From the UHGV virus genome UHGV-0375912: 24,417 bases of DNA; one strand, written 5' to 3'. Positions 7,197 through 17,230 of the stretch are shown in pieces (the first letter of the stretch is position 1; each line of letters begins with the position of its first letter). Below the pieces are notes generated by a model. The model was not told the DNA's origin. It was given only the letters and a program-made list of their open reading frames with translations, and did no database searches. The translations under genes were made by a program, and so were the position numbers. The DNA is from a virus.

Positions 7197-8270
7197 ATGC
7201 GCCAGGAAACCCGCTTTAAATTTAATGCCTACCTGTCCCGTGTTGCCGAACTGAACGGCATCGACGCCGGTGATGTGTCGAAAAAATTCACCGTTGAACC
7301 GTCGGTCACCCAGACCCTGATGAACACCATGCAGGAGTCCTCTGACTTTCTGACCCGCATCAACATTGTGCCGGTCAGCGAAATGAAAGGGGAAAAAATT
7401 GGTATTGGTGTCACCGGCTCCATCGCCAGCACCACCGACACCGCCGGTGGCACCGAGCGTCAGCCGAAGGACTTCTCGAAGCTGGCGTCAAACAAGTACG
7501 AATGCGACCAGATTAACTTCGATTTTTATATCCGCTACAAAACGCTGGACCTGTGGGCGCGTTATCAGGATTTCCAGCTCCGTGTCCGTAACGCCATTAT
7601 CAAACGCCAGTCCCTTGATTTAATCATGGCCGGTTTTAACGGCGTGAGGCGTGCCGAAACCTCTGACCGCAGCAGTAACCCGATGCTGCAGGATGTGGCG
7701 GTCGGCTGGCTGCAGAAATACCGCAATGAAGCCCCGGCGCGCGTGATGAGCAAGGTCACTGACGAGGAAGGGCACACCACCTCTGAGGTTATCCGCGTGG
7801 GTAAGGGCGGTGATTATGCCAGCCTTGACGCACTGGTGATGGATGCGACCAACAACCTGATTGAACCTTGGTATCAGGAAGACCCTGACCTTGTGGTGAT
7901 TGTGGGGCGTCAGCTACTGGCGGACAAGTATTTCCCCATCGTCAATAAGGAGCAGGACAACAGCGAAATGCTGGCCGCTGACGTCATCATCAGCCAGAAA
8001 CGCATCGGTAACCTGCCGGCGGTACGCGTCCCGTACTTCCCGGCGGATGCGATGCTCATCACGAAGCTGGAAAACCTGTCCATCTACTACATGGATGACA
8101 GCCATCGCCGCGTGATTGAGGAAAACCCGAAACTCGACCGCGTGGAGAACTACGAGTCAATGAACATTGATTACGTGGTGGAAGACTACGCCGCCGGTTG
8201 TCTGGTGGAAAAAATCAAGGTCGGTGATTTCTCCACACCGGCTAAGGCGACCGCAGAGCCGGGAGCGTAA
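7197..8270 (+). CDS. N: Major capsid protein (P2 gpN-like)
   Basis: 357-aa ORF near-identical to P2 gpN. Confidence 0.95.
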   Translation: MRQETRFKFNAYLSRVAELNGIDAGDVSKKFTVEPSVTQTLMNTMQESSDFLTRINIVPVSEMKGEKIGIGVTGSIASTTDTAGGTERQPKDFSKLASNKYECDQINFDFYIRYKTLDLWARYQDFQLRVRNAIIKRQSLDLIMAGFNGVRRAETSDRSSNPMLQDVAVGWLQKYRNEAPARVMSKVTDEEGHTTSEVIRVGKGGDYASLDALVMDATNNLIEPWYQEDPDLVVIVGRQLLADKYFPIVNKEQDNSEMLAADVIISQKRIGNLPAVRVPYFPADAMLITKLENLSIYYMDDSHRRVIEENPKLDRVENYESMNIDYVVEDYAAGCLVEKIKVGDFSTPAKATAEPGA

Positions 8271-8273
8271 CCG

Positions 8274-9017
8274 ATGACGAGTCCCGCACAGCGCCACATG
8301 ATGCGGGTCTCGGCAGCGATGACCGCGCAGCGGGAAGCCGCCCCGCTGCGACATGCAACTGTCTATGAGCAGATGCTGGTTAAGCTCGCCGCAGACCAGC
8401 GCACACTGAAAGCGATTTATTCAAAAGAGCTTAAGGCCGCGAAAAAACGCGAACTGCTGCCGTTCTGGTTGCCGTGGGTGAACGGCGTGCTGGAGCAGGG
8501 CAAAGGTGCACAGGATGACATTCTGATGACGGTCATGCTGTGGCGTCTGGATACCGGCGATATTGCCGGTGCGCTGGAGATTGCCCGTTATGCCCTGAAG
8601 TACGGTCTGACCATGCCGGGTAAACACCGCCGCACCCCGCCGTACATGTTCACCGAGGAGGTGGCGCTTGCGGCCATGCGTGCTCACGCTGCCGGTGAGT
8701 CTGTGGATACCCGCCTGCTGACGGAGACCCTTGAACTGACCGCCACGGCTGACATGCCTGATGAAGTGCGCGCAAAGCTGCACAAAATCACCGGTCTGTT
8801 TCTGCGTGACGGTGGTGATGCCGCCGGTGCGCTGGCTCACCTGCAACGTGCGACACAGCTCGACTGTCAGGCAGGCGTCAAAAAAGAGATTGAACGACTG
8901 GAGCGGGAGCTGAAACCGAAGCCGGAGCCGCAGCCCAAAGCGGCCACCCGTACCCCGCGTAAGACCCGGAGCGTGACACCGGCAAAACGTGGACGCCCGA
9001 AAAAGAAAGCCAGTTAA
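8274..9017 (+). CDS. M: Terminase small/endonuclease subunit (P2 gpM-like)
   Basis: 247-aa ORF directly after N; basic Lys/Arg-rich C-terminal tail. Confidence 0.9.
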   Translation: MTSPAQRHMMRVSAAMTAQREAAPLRHATVYEQMLVKLAADQRTLKAIYSKELKAAKKRELLPFWLPWVNGVLEQGKGAQDDILMTVMLWRLDTGDIAGALEIARYALKYGLTMPGKHRRTPPYMFTEEVALAAMRAHAAGESVDTRLLTETLELTATADMPDEVRAKLHKITGLFLRDGGDAAGALAHLQRATQLDCQAGVKKEIERLERELKPKPEPQPKAATRTPRKTRSVTPAKRGRPKKKAS

Positions 9018-9116
9018 CAACCGAATGCGCCCCGCGCCAGGGCGGCACGCCGGTCAGTGAGGGTGAATCACCTGACGCTGTACCGGCGTCCACCGCCCGA
9101 CTTTTCAGAGGTAGTC

Positions 9117-9626
9117 ATGATGACGCTGATTATTCCGCGAAAGGAGGCTCCCGTGTCCGGTGAGGGTACGGTGGTCATCCCGCAACCGGCAGGCGACGAG
9201 CCGGTGATTAAAAACACGTTCTTTTTTCCCGATATCGACCCGAAGCGCGTCCGGGAACGTATGCGCCTTGAGCAGACCGTCGCCCCCGCCCGTCTGCGTG
9301 AGGCCATCAAGTCAGGCATGGCGGAGACGAATGCGGAGCTGTACGAGTACCGCGAACAGAAAATTGCCGCCGGTTTTACGCGTCTGGCGGACGTCCCGGC
9401 GGACGACATCGACGGTGAAAGCATCAAGGTTTTTTACTACGAGCGCGCCGTGTGTGCGATGGCGACCGCGTCGCTTTATGAGCGTTATCGCGGCGTGGAT
9501 GCCAGTGCGAAAGGCGACAAAAAGGCCGACAGCATAGACAGCACCATTGATGAGCTGTGGCGGGATATGCGCTGGGCGGTGGCGCGTATCCAGGACAAGC
9601 CGCGCTGCATCGTGAGTCAAATCTGA
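9117..9626 (+). CDS. L: Head completion/stabilisation protein (P2 gpL-like)
   Basis: ORF track starts at 9057; start taken at ATG 9117 (MMTLIIPRK...) with an AGAGG RBS 6 nt upstream; stop overlaps the X start (ATGA). Confidence 0.85.
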   Translation: MMTLIIPRKEAPVSGEGTVVIPQPAGDEPVIKNTFFFPDIDPKRVRERMRLEQTVAPARLREAIKSGMAETNAELYEYREQKIAAGFTRLADVPADDIDGESIKVFYYERAVCAMATASLYERYRGVDASAKGDKKADSIDSTIDELWRDMRWAVARIQDKPRCIVSQI

Positions 9627-9829
9627 TGAAGACCTTTGCGCTACAGGGCGACACGCTCGACGCCATTTGTGTCCGGTATTACGGGCGCACTGAGGGCGTG
9701 GTTGAGACCGTGCTCGCCGCAAATCCGGGACTGTCTGAACTGGGTGCGGTGCTGCCACACGGCACCGCCGTCGAACTGCCCGACGTTCAGACCGCGCCCG
9801 TGGCTGAAACTGTCAATCTGTGGGAGTAA
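9626..9829 (+). CDS. X: Tail protein X (P2 gpX-like)
   Basis: MKTFALQGDTLDAICVRYYGRTEGVVETVLAANPGL... 67 aa, taken from the internal start of the 9557-9829 frame. Confidence 0.9.
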   Translation: MKTFALQGDTLDAICVRYYGRTEGVVETVLAANPGLSELGAVLPHGTAVELPDVQTAPVAETVNLWE

Positions 9830-9832
9830 CGC

Positions 9833-10114
9833 ATGACAGCAGAAGAAAAAAGCGTCCTGTCGCTTTTCATGATTGGGGTGCTGATTGTTGTCGGCAAGGT
9901 GCTTGCCGGTGGTGAACCCATCACCCCGCGTCTGTTTATCGGGCGCATGTTGCTCGGTGGTTTTGTCTCGATGGTTGCCGGTGTTGTTCTGGTGCAGTTT
10001 CCTGACCTGTCACTGCCTGCGGTGTGCGGCATCGGCTCCATGCTGGGTATCGCCGGTTATCAGGTGATTGAGATTGCCATTCAGCGCCGTTTTAAGGGCA
10101 GGGGGAAACCGTAA
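9833..10114 (+). CDS. Y: Holin (P2 gpY-like)
   Basis: 93 aa with hydrophobic transmembrane segments and basic C-terminus; first gene of the lysis cassette. Confidence 0.9.
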   Translation: MTAEEKSVLSLFMIGVLIVVGKVLAGGEPITPRLFIGRMLLGGFVSMVAGVVLVQFPDLSLPAVCGIGSMLGIAGYQVIEIAIQRRFKGRGKP

Positions 10115-10611
10115 TGCCGGTAATTAACACGCACCAGAATATCGCCGCCTTTCTCGACATGCTGGCCGTGTCCGAAGGGACGGCGAATCATCCGCTGACG
10201 AAAAACCGGGGCTATGACGTGATAGTCACCGGACTGGACGGGAAGCCGGAAATTTTCACCGACTACAGTGACCACCCGTTCGCGCATGGCCGACCGACGA
10301 AGGTGTTTAACCGTCGCGGTGAAAAATCCACGGCCTCCGGTCGCTATCAGCAGCTTTACCTGTTCTGGCCGCATTACCGCAAACAGCTTGCCCTGCCGGA
10401 TTTCAGTCCGTTGTCACAGGACAGACTCGCCATTCAGTTGATCCGCGAACGCGGTGCGCTGGATGACATCCGGGCGGGGCGCATTGAGCGCGCCATTTCA
10501 CGCTGTCGCAATATCTGGGCGTCCCTGCCGGGTGCCGGTTACGGTCAGCGTGAGCATTCACTGGAAAAACTGGTCACCGTCTGGCGTACCGCCGGCGGCG
10601 TACCGGCTTAA
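10114..10611 (+). CDS. K: Endolysin (P2 gpK-like)
   Basis: 165-aa ORF overlapping the Y stop; matches P2 gpK. Confidence 0.9.
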   Translation: MPVINTHQNIAAFLDMLAVSEGTANHPLTKNRGYDVIVTGLDGKPEIFTDYSDHPFAHGRPTKVFNRRGEKSTASGRYQQLYLFWPHYRKQLALPDFSPLSQDRLAIQLIRERGALDDIRAGRIERAISRCRNIWASLPGAGYGQREHSLEKLVTVWRTAGGVPA

Positions 10612-10625
10612 ACGGAGTAAACACC

Positions 10626-11051
10626 ATGAAGAAATTATCCCTTTCACTGACGCTGAACGTGTCGCTGGCGCTGATGCTGGCACTGTCCCTGATTTACCCG
10701 CAGAGCGTGGCCGTTAATTTTGTCGCCGCCTGGGCGATTATGGCGACGGTTATCTGTGTGGTTGCCGGTGGTGTCGGCGTGTATGCCACGGAGTATGTAC
10801 TGGAACGCTACGGGCGGGAGCTGCCGCCGGAATCGCTGGCCGTGAAGATTGTCACGTCGCTGTTTTTGCAGCCGGTGCCGTGGCGCAGACGGGCGGCGGC
10901 TCTGGTAGTGATGGTGGCGACGTTTATCTCGCTGGTCGCTGCCGGGTGGATTTTTACTGCGCTGATTTATCTCGTGGCGTCGCTGTTTTTCCGGCTGATA
11001 CGCACGGCCTGCCGTCAGCGTCTTGAGGGGCGGGAACTATGTCAAAGCTGA
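10626..11051 (+). CDS. lysA: Lysis accessory membrane protein LysA
   Basis: 141 aa, multiple hydrophobic segments, position after K as in P2. Confidence 0.8.
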   Translation: MKKLSLSLTLNVSLALMLALSLIYPQSVAVNFVAAWAIMATVICVVAGGVGVYATEYVLERYGRELPPESLAVKIVTSLFLQPVPWRRRAAALVVMVATFISLVAAGWIFTALIYLVASLFFRLIRTACRQRLEGRELCQS

Positions 11052-11464
11052 TGATTGCACTGGTCGTGTTGTTATCGCTGGCGGTGGCGGGGCTGTTTCT
11101 GGCGAAGCATGAAAACGCCAGACTGCGCGCCTCACTGGACAGGGCGAACAACGTCGCCAGTGAACAGCAGGCGACTATCTCCATGCTGAAAAATCAGCTT
11201 CATGTTGCCCTCTCAAGGGCAGACAAAAACGAGCTGGCGCAGGTGGCACTGCGTCAGGAACTGGAGAACGCCGCGAAGCGTGAAGCACAGCGCGAGAAAA
11301 CCATCACGAGGTTACTCAATGAAAACGAAGATTTTCGCCGCTGGTATGGTGCTGACCTGCCTGATGCTGTGCGCCGGTTGCACCAGCGCCCCGCATGCAC
11401 CGACGCCAGTGATTGTCGCCAACGCCTGCCCGAAAGTGAGCCTTTGCCCGATGCCGGGCAGTGA
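11039..11464 (+). CDS. lysB: LysB, Rz-like inner-membrane spanin
   Basis: 141 aa, N-terminal transmembrane segment then coiled-coil-like charged region. Confidence 0.8.
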   Translation: MSKLMIALVVLLSLAVAGLFLAKHENARLRASLDRANNVASEQQATISMLKNQLHVALSRADKNELAQVALRQELENAAKREAQREKTITRLLNENEDFRRWYGADLPDAVRRLHQRPACTDASDCRQRLPESEPLPDAGQ

Positions 11465-11609
11465 TCCGCAGACGAACGGCGATTTAAGTGCCGATATCCG
11501 GCAGCTTGAGAACGCGCTGGCACGCTGTGCCAGCCAGGTAAAAATGATTAAACACTGTCAGGACGAAAACGATGCTCAAACCCGACAGCCTGCGCAGGGC
11601 GCTGACTGA
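11319..11609 (+). CDS. lysC: LysC, Rz1-like outer-membrane lipoprotein spanin, nested in the +1 frame of lysB
   Basis: 96 aa from MKTKIFAAGMVLTCLMLCAGC (lipobox LCAGC); taken from the internal start of the 11202-11609 frame. Confidence 0.75.
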   Translation: MKTKIFAAGMVLTCLMLCAGCTSAPHAPTPVIVANACPKVSLCPMPGSDPQTNGDLSADIRQLENALARCASQVKMIKHCQDENDAQTRQPAQGAD

Positions 11610-12039
11610 TGCCGTCACGGTGCTGAAAACCAGTCCAGAGATGCTTCGGATATTCGTGGATAACGGGAGTATTGCCTCCACGCTGGCGACGTCGCTGTCG
11701 TTCGAAAAGCGTTACACGCTCAATGTGATTGTGACCGACTTTACCGGTGATTTTGACCTGCTCATCGTGCCGGTGCTGGCGTGGCTGCGGGAAAATCAGC
11801 CCGACATCATGACCACCGACGAAGGCCAGAAAAAGGGCTTCACGTTTTATGCAGACATCAACAATGACAGCAGCTTTGATATCAGCATCAGTCTGATGCT
11901 GACCGAGCGCACGCTGGTCAGCGAGGTTGATGGTGCGCTGCATGTGAAGAATATCCCGGAACCCCCGCCGCCGGAGCCGGTCACCCGCCCGGTGGAGCTT
12001 TATATCAATGGCGAACTGGTGAGCAAGTGGGATGAATGA
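11572..12039 (+). CDS. R: Tail completion protein R
   Basis: 155-aa ORF matching P2 gpR. Confidence 0.9.
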   Translation: MLKPDSLRRALTDAVTVLKTSPEMLRIFVDNGSIASTLATSLSFEKRYTLNVIVTDFTGDFDLLIVPVLAWLRENQPDIMTTDEGQKKGFTFYADINNDSSFDISISLMLTERTLVSEVDGALHVKNIPEPPPPEPVTRPVELYINGELVSKWDE

Positions 12040-12484
12040 GTTTAAGCGTTTTGAAGACCGGCTGACCGGACTGATTGAATCGCTGTCACCGTCAGGGCGT
12101 CGGCGACTGAGTGCCGAACTGGCGAAACGTCTGCGTCAGAGTCAGCAGCGTCGGGTGATGGCACAGAAAGCCCCGGACGGCACACCCTACGCGCCACGTC
12201 AGCAGCAGAGCGCCAGAAAAAAGACCGGTCGCGTTAAGCGAAAAATGTTTGCGAAACTTATCACCAGTCGTTTTTTGCATATCCGCGCCAGCCCTGAACA
12301 GGCATCAATGGAGTTTTACGGCGGAAAGTCACCGAAAATCGCCAGTGTGCATCAGTTTGGTCTGTCGGAAGAAAACCGGAAGGACGGTAAGAAAATTGAT
12401 TATCCGGCGCGTCCTCTGCTCGGCTTTACCGGTGAGGATGTGCAGATGATTGAAGAGATTATCCTGGCTCACCTCGACCGTTAG
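12032..12484 (+). CDS. S: Tail completion protein S
   Basis: 150-aa ORF overlapping the R end; P2 gene order. Confidence 0.9.
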   Translation: MNEFKRFEDRLTGLIESLSPSGRRRLSAELAKRLRQSQQRRVMAQKAPDGTPYAPRQQQSARKKTGRVKRKMFAKLITSRFLHIRASPEQASMEFYGGKSPKIASVHQFGLSEENRKDGKKIDYPARPLLGFTGEDVQMIEEIILAHLDR

Positions 12485-12550
12485 TTGTGCCATTCCAGAC
12501 ACCTCATCGTCACATTGCCGCCGGTATGACCCGGCGGCATCCTTCCCGTT
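12485..12550 (+). promoter_or_regulatory. Late promoter region upstream of V; contains AGTTGTGCC (12483-12491) and a GC hairpin (12516-12540)
   Basis: Intergenic region ahead of the V-W-J-I-H-G operon; same TTGTGCC heptamer as upstream of FI. Confidence 0.4.
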
Positions 12551-13186
12551 ATGAACACTCTCGCAAATATTCAGGAACTCGCGCGCGCACTGCGCAACAT
12601 GATCCGCACCGGCATTATCGTCGAAACCGACCTTAACGCCGGTCGCTGCCGTGTGCAGACCGGCGGCATGTGCACCGACTGGCTTCAGTGGCTGACCCAT
12701 CGCGCCGGACGTTCGCGCACATGGTGGGCACCTTCCGTGGGGGAACAGGTGCTGATTCTGGCCGTGGGCGGTGAACTCGACACGGCGTTCGTTCTGCCGG
12801 GGATTTATTCCGGCGATAACCCCGCGCCGTCTGCGTCGGCGGATGCCCTGCATATCCGTTTCCCTGACGGGGCGGTGATTGAATATGAACCCGAAACCAG
12901 TGCACTCACGGTAAGCGGAATTAAAACGGCCAGCGTGACGGCTTCTGATTCTGTTACTGCCACGGTACCGGTGGTCACGGTGAAATCGTCAACCCGTGTC
13001 ACTCTGGACACACCGGAAGTGGTCTGCACTAACAAACTGACTACCGGCACGCTGGAAGTGCAGAAGGGCGGGACGATGCGCGGCAACATTGAACACACCG
13101 GCGGTGAACTCTCATCAAACGGTAAGGTACTGCATACCCACAAACACCCCGGCGACAGCGGCGGCACAACCGGGAGTCCTTTATGA
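12551..13186 (+). CDS. V: Baseplate central spike protein V
   Basis: 211-aa ORF; P2 gene order. Confidence 0.9.
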   Translation: MNTLANIQELARALRNMIRTGIIVETDLNAGRCRVQTGGMCTDWLQWLTHRAGRSRTWWAPSVGEQVLILAVGGELDTAFVLPGIYSGDNPAPSASADALHIRFPDGAVIEYEPETSALTVSGIKTASVTASDSVTATVPVVTVKSSTRVTLDTPEVVCTNKLTTGTLEVQKGGTMRGNIEHTGGELSSNGKVLHTHKHPGDSGGTTGSPL

Positions 13187-13530
13187 CAGCGCGTTATCTC
13201 GGAATGAATCGCAGTGATGGCCTGACGGTCACTGACCTTGAGCATATCAGCCAGAGTATCGGCGATATCCTGCGCACACCGGTCGGCTCACGGGTGATGC
13301 GTCGTGATTACGGCTCGTTGCTGGCGTCAATGATTGACCAGCCGCAGACTCCGGCGCTTGAGTTGCAGATTAAGGTCGCCTGTTACATGGCAGTGCTGAA
13401 ATGGGAACCCCGCGTCACCCTGTCATCCGTCACCACGGCGCGCAGTTTTGACGGGCGAATGACGGTCACGTTAACCGGTCAGCACAACGACACCGGCCAG
13501 CCACTTTCGTTAACCATCCCTGTGAGTTGA
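13183..13530 (+). CDS. W: Baseplate protein W (T4 gp25-like)
   Basis: 115-aa ORF overlapping the V stop. Confidence 0.9.
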   Translation: MTARYLGMNRSDGLTVTDLEHISQSIGDILRTPVGSRVMRRDYGSLLASMIDQPQTPALELQIKVACYMAVLKWEPRVTLSSVTTARSFDGRMTVTLTGQHNDTGQPLSLTIPVS

Positions 13531-13534
13531 AACC

Positions 13535-14443
13535 ATGCCGATTATCGACCTGAACCAGCTACCCGCACCGGATGTGGTCGAGGAGCTGGACTTTGAAACC
13601 ATTCTTGCCGAACGCAAGGCGACACTGATTTCCCTTTACCCGGAAGACCAGCAGGAGGCGGTCGCCCGTACCCTGACGCTGGAATCTGAGCCTCTCGTCA
13701 AACTGCTGGAGGAAAATGCTTATCGTGAGCTTATCTGGCGTCAGCGTGTGAATGAGGCCGCACGGGCGGTGATGCTGGCCTGTGCCGCCGGTAATGACCT
13801 TGATGTGATTGGTGCCAATTACAACACCACGCGCCTGACTATCACCCCGGCAGATGATTCGACCATCCCGCCGACACCGGCAGTGATGGAGTCTGACACC
13901 GATTATCGTCTGCGTATTCAGCAGGCGTTTGAAGGTTTAAGCGTCGCCGGGTCGGTGGGTGCCTATCAGTATCATGGCCGCAGTGCCGACGGGCGTGTCG
14001 CGGATATTTCTGTCACCAGTCCGTCTCCGGCCTGCGTCACTATCTCTGTGCTGTCACGTGAAAATAACGGTGTCGCATCCGAAGACCTGCTGGCCGTGGT
14101 GCGTAACGCCCTGAATGGCGAGGACGTCAGGCCGGTGGCCGACCGCGTGACCGTGCAGTCTGCCGCCATCGTTGAATACCAGATAAACGCCACGCTTTAC
14201 CTTTACCCTGGTCCCGAAAGCGAACCCATCCGCGCTGCCGCCGTGAAAAAACTGGAAGCGTATATCACGGCACAGCACCGGCTGGGGCGCGATATCCGTC
14301 TGTCTGCCATTTATGCCGCTTTGCATGTGGAAGGTGTGCAGCGTGTCGAACTGGCTGCACCGCTGGCTGACATCGTGCTCAACAGTACGCAGGCGTCTTT
14401 CTGTACCGAATACAGCGTCGTGACCGGAGGCTCGGATGAGTGA
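13535..14443 (+). CDS. J: Baseplate wedge protein J
   Basis: 302-aa ORF; P2 gene order. Confidence 0.9.
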   Translation: MPIIDLNQLPAPDVVEELDFETILAERKATLISLYPEDQQEAVARTLTLESEPLVKLLEENAYRELIWRQRVNEAARAVMLACAAGNDLDVIGANYNTTRLTITPADDSTIPPTPAVMESDTDYRLRIQQAFEGLSVAGSVGAYQYHGRSADGRVADISVTSPSPACVTISVLSRENNGVASEDLLAVVRNALNGEDVRPVADRVTVQSAAIVEYQINATLYLYPGPESEPIRAAAVKKLEAYITAQHRLGRDIRLSAIYAALHVEGVQRVELAAPLADIVLNSTQASFCTEYSVVTGGSDE

Positions 14444-15047
14444 TTCGCGACTGCTGCCGACCGGCTCATCACTGCTTGAAGTTGCCGCCGCAAAAGCCTG
14501 TGCGGAAATTGAAAAAACGCCGGTCAGTATTCGTGAGCTGTGGAACCCGGACACCTGCCCGGCAAATCTGCTGCCGTGGCTGGCGTGGTCATTTTCGGTT
14601 GACCGCTGGGATGATAAATGGCCGGAAGCGACAAAACGCGCTGTTATCCGCGATGCGTATTTCATTCACTGCCATAAGGGCACTATAGGCGCAATCCGGC
14701 GTGTGGTGGAGCCGCTCGGCTATCTGATTGAGGTGAGGGAGTGGTGGCAGCTCAACGAGGAGCCGGGGACGTTCCGTATCGTTGTTGGCGTGCTTGAGCA
14801 GGGTATTACCGAAGAAATGTATCAGGAGCTGGAGCGCCTAGTTGCTGATGCAAAACCGGCAAGCCGCCATCTGACGGGACTGGCTATCAGTTTAAGTACA
14901 ACCGGCAACATTTTTGCCGGTGCGGGATGCTATCACGGTGACGCCCTGACGGTTTATCCCTACACCCCGGAGGCCATTATTGTCGGAGGGGATTATTTCC
15001 CGGCCTCGGCCATTCATTTAATTGATAACCTGAGAGTAAACGCATGA
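14436..15047 (+). CDS. I: Baseplate protein I
   Basis: 203-aa ORF overlapping the J and H ends. Confidence 0.85.
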   Translation: MSDSRLLPTGSSLLEVAAAKACAEIEKTPVSIRELWNPDTCPANLLPWLAWSFSVDRWDDKWPEATKRAVIRDAYFIHCHKGTIGAIRRVVEPLGYLIEVREWWQLNEEPGTFRIVVGVLEQGITEEMYQELERLVADAKPASRHLTGLAISLSTTGNIFAGAGCYHGDALTVYPYTPEAIIVGGDYFPASAIHLIDNLRVNA

Positions 15048-16204
15048 CAGTGAAATACTACGCCATTCTGACTAATCAGGGCGCAGCACGGCTGGCTAAC
15101 GCGACGATGCTCGGCAGTAAGCTGAATCTGACGCAAATGGCCGTTGGTGATGCGAATGGTGTCTTGCCGACACCAGACCCGGCACAGACAAAACTGATTA
15201 ACCAGAAACGCATCGCGCCGCTGAATCTTCTGAGTGTTGACCCGAACAACCAGAGCCAGATTATTGCGGAGCAAATCATCCCTGAGAACGAGGGCGGATT
15301 CTGGATCCGTGAGATTGGGCTTTATGATGATGAAGGCGTACTCATTGCGGTGGCGAACTGCCCGGAAACGTACAAACCGCAGTTGCAGGAAGGCAGTGGT
15401 CGTACCCAGACTATCCGCATGATTCTGGTTGTCACGAATACCGAAGCTATCACGCTGAAAATCGACCCGTCGGTGGTACTGGCGACCCGTAAATACGTGG
15501 ATGATGAAGTCCTGGAATTAAGGCTGTATGTGGATGACCAGATGAGAAACCACATTGCCGCACAGGATCCTCATACCCAGTATGCGCAGAAACATAATCC
15601 GACATTTACCGGAGAACCAAAAGCGCCGACGCCTGCCGCAGGAAATAACACCACGCGGATTGCGACCACTGCGTTTGTTCAGGCCGCTATTACCGCTCTG
15701 ATTAACGGTGCGCCAGCCACGCTGGACACACTGAAAGAAATTGCCGCAGCCATTAACAATGACCCGAAATTCAGTACCACCATTAACAATGCGCTGTCAG
15801 GTAAGCAGCCACTGGATGAGACGCTGACTCATTTGAGTGGAAAGGATGTAGCTGGTCTTCTCGCATACCTTGGTTTGGGAGAAGCGGCAAAACGGAATGT
15901 GGGAACAGGGGAAAATCAGATACCTGATATGTCATCATATGCATCAGGTTCAGGCTGGCGAAAAATGCCAGATGGTTCAATTGAACAGTGGGGACGAATT
16001 AGTTTTCCTGGTGAACACGGGCCTGTATCCGCCAATGTTTCATTCCCGATTCCATTTACACAGACACCGGGCATTGTAATTGTGTGCGATGGTGGTTTCG
16101 GGGGCGGGAATATGTGGGGGGCGACCAACTGGAGCACTACCGGCTTCATAGCTCACTGCAATTATGGTCTTGAAGGTGGTGCGTTTTTCGCTAAGGGCTG
16201 GTAA
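15044..16204 (+). CDS. H: Tail fibre protein H: conserved N-terminal part plus the currently expressed variable C-terminal tip
   Basis: N-terminal region resembles P2 gpH; C-terminal about 110 aa begin exactly at the 26-bp inversion site (LGLGE junction); 386 aa against 669 in P2. Confidence 0.85.
   Translation: MTVKYYAILTNQGAARLANATMLGSKLNLTQMAVGDANGVLPTPDPAQTKLINQKRIAPLNLLSVDPNNQSQIIAEQIIPENEGGFWIREIGLYDDEGVLIAVANCPETYKPQLQEGSGRTQTIRMILVVTNTEAITLKIDPSVVLATRKYVDDEVLELRLYVDDQMRNHIAAQDPHTQYAQKHNPTFTGEPKAPTPAAGNNTTRIATTAFVQAAITALINGAPATLDTLKEIAAAINNDPKFSTTINNALSGKQPLDETLTHLSGKDVAGLLAYLGLGEAAKRNVGTGENQIPDMSSYASGSGWRKMPDGSIEQWGRISFPGEHGPVSANVSFPIPFTQTPGIVIVCDGGFGGGNMWGATNWSTTGFIAHCNYGLEGGAFFAKGW
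15858..15883. repeat. Inversion crossover site 1 (hix/gix-like 26-bp dyad TTCTCGCATACC-TT-GGTTTGGGAGAA) inside H
   Basis: Two 12-bp half-sites in inverted orientation around a 2-bp core; inner half-site identical, in inverse orientation, to that of site 2. Confidence 0.7.
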
Positions 16205-16647
16205 TGATGAAATATCTGTACGTAAACAACCTGGCATATCCTTACGAACTTCAGTCTCTTTATGTTGAAAAAGGTGAATGGCCTGAAGAAAAAGGTGTTG
16301 ATATAGACGAAGTAATTTTCAGGGAATATTTCTATGACACACCACCAGAAGGAAAATACAGATGTGTTGGAGAAGATGGACTGCCTGCATGGGCAGATAT
16401 TCCTCCACCAACACGTGAAGAACAAATTGCATCAGCCGAAACTAAAAAGCAGCAATTGATTAATCAGGCCAACGATTATATGAACAGTAGACAATGGGTT
16501 GGTAAAGCGGCTATTGGTCGTCTGAAAGGTGAGGAACTGGCGCAATATAATTTGTGGCTGGATTATCTGGACGCACTGGAGCTGGTCGATACTTCCAGTG
16601 CACCAGATATTGAATGGCCTACTCCTCCGGCAGTTCAGGCCAGATGA
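16204..16647 (+). CDS. G: Tail fibre assembly protein G (chaperone for the current H tip)
   Basis: 147 aa with the conserved Tfa C-terminal region (...YNLWLDYLDALELVDTSSAPDIEWP). Confidence 0.85.
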   Translation: MMKYLYVNNLAYPYELQSLYVEKGEWPEEKGVDIDEVIFREYFYDTPPEGKYRCVGEDGLPAWADIPPPTREEQIASAETKKQQLINQANDYMNSRQWVGKAAIGRLKGEELAQYNLWLDYLDALELVDTSSAPDIEWPTPPAVQAR

Positions 16648-17230
16648 CATCCGGCGCGGTGCTGGTATCTGTTGCCGTCACCGCGTCAATGTAATCCAGC
16701 ACCGTGTTAAGTCGGCTGGTTTCTGCCTGCGTCAGATTCCGTCCGGCCCGTAATTTCAGTTGAATCAGACTGATGGAAGCCATTGCAGTATCAATCAGCG
16801 ACTGGCGTTGTGCTTCTGCTGCATCTACTGCGGCGCTATGCTGTGCATCGGTATCCGTCACCCATTTCTCACCATCCCATTTATCGTATGGTGTTAACGG
16901 GGCGATAGTGGTTGTATTATCAGGGTAATCACCCGGAGCTGTGATTTCTTTTGATTCTCCTGTTTCGGTGCTAAAGACGATTTCACCGCGATGGTCTGGC
17001 ACATATTCCCATGAGTTAAAATCTGCAGAACGGCAGATTGCATAACCAGCCTTATGTGTAACTGGTGCATCTAAACAAGAACATGCCGGGATACCGACGC
17101 CAACCGTAAGATATTCAGTTGATGTGGAAATATATTCCCGCGTTTCTCCGTTGTAGTTGTAAACGGTAATGAAGCCAGCCTCTGTGGCAAATCCGTTTTC
17201 ATCCAAAGTGATTTTTTTTGTGGTCATCAT
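16619..17230 (-). CDS. Alternative tail fibre assembly protein (inverted cassette)
   Basis: 203 aa with Tfa-type C-terminus (...LNTVLDYIDAVTATDTSTAPDVIWPELPEE); 3' end overlaps the G 3' end by 29 bp, convergent. Confidence 0.8.
   Translation of the reverse strand: MMTTKKITLDENGFATEAGFITVYNYNGETREYISTSTEYLTVGVGIPACSCLDAPVTHKAGYAICRSADFNSWEYVPDHRGEIVFSTETGESKEITAPGDYPDNTTTIAPLTPYDKWDGEKWVTDTDAQHSAAVDAAEAQRQSLIDTAMASISLIQLKLRAGRNLTQAETSRLNTVLDYIDAVTATDTSTAPDVIWPELPEE

Noticed and set aside
9636-9836. 66-aa ORF overlapping the X region
   Set aside because: Wrong frame; the real X product (MKTFALQGDTLD...) is encoded by 9626-9829.
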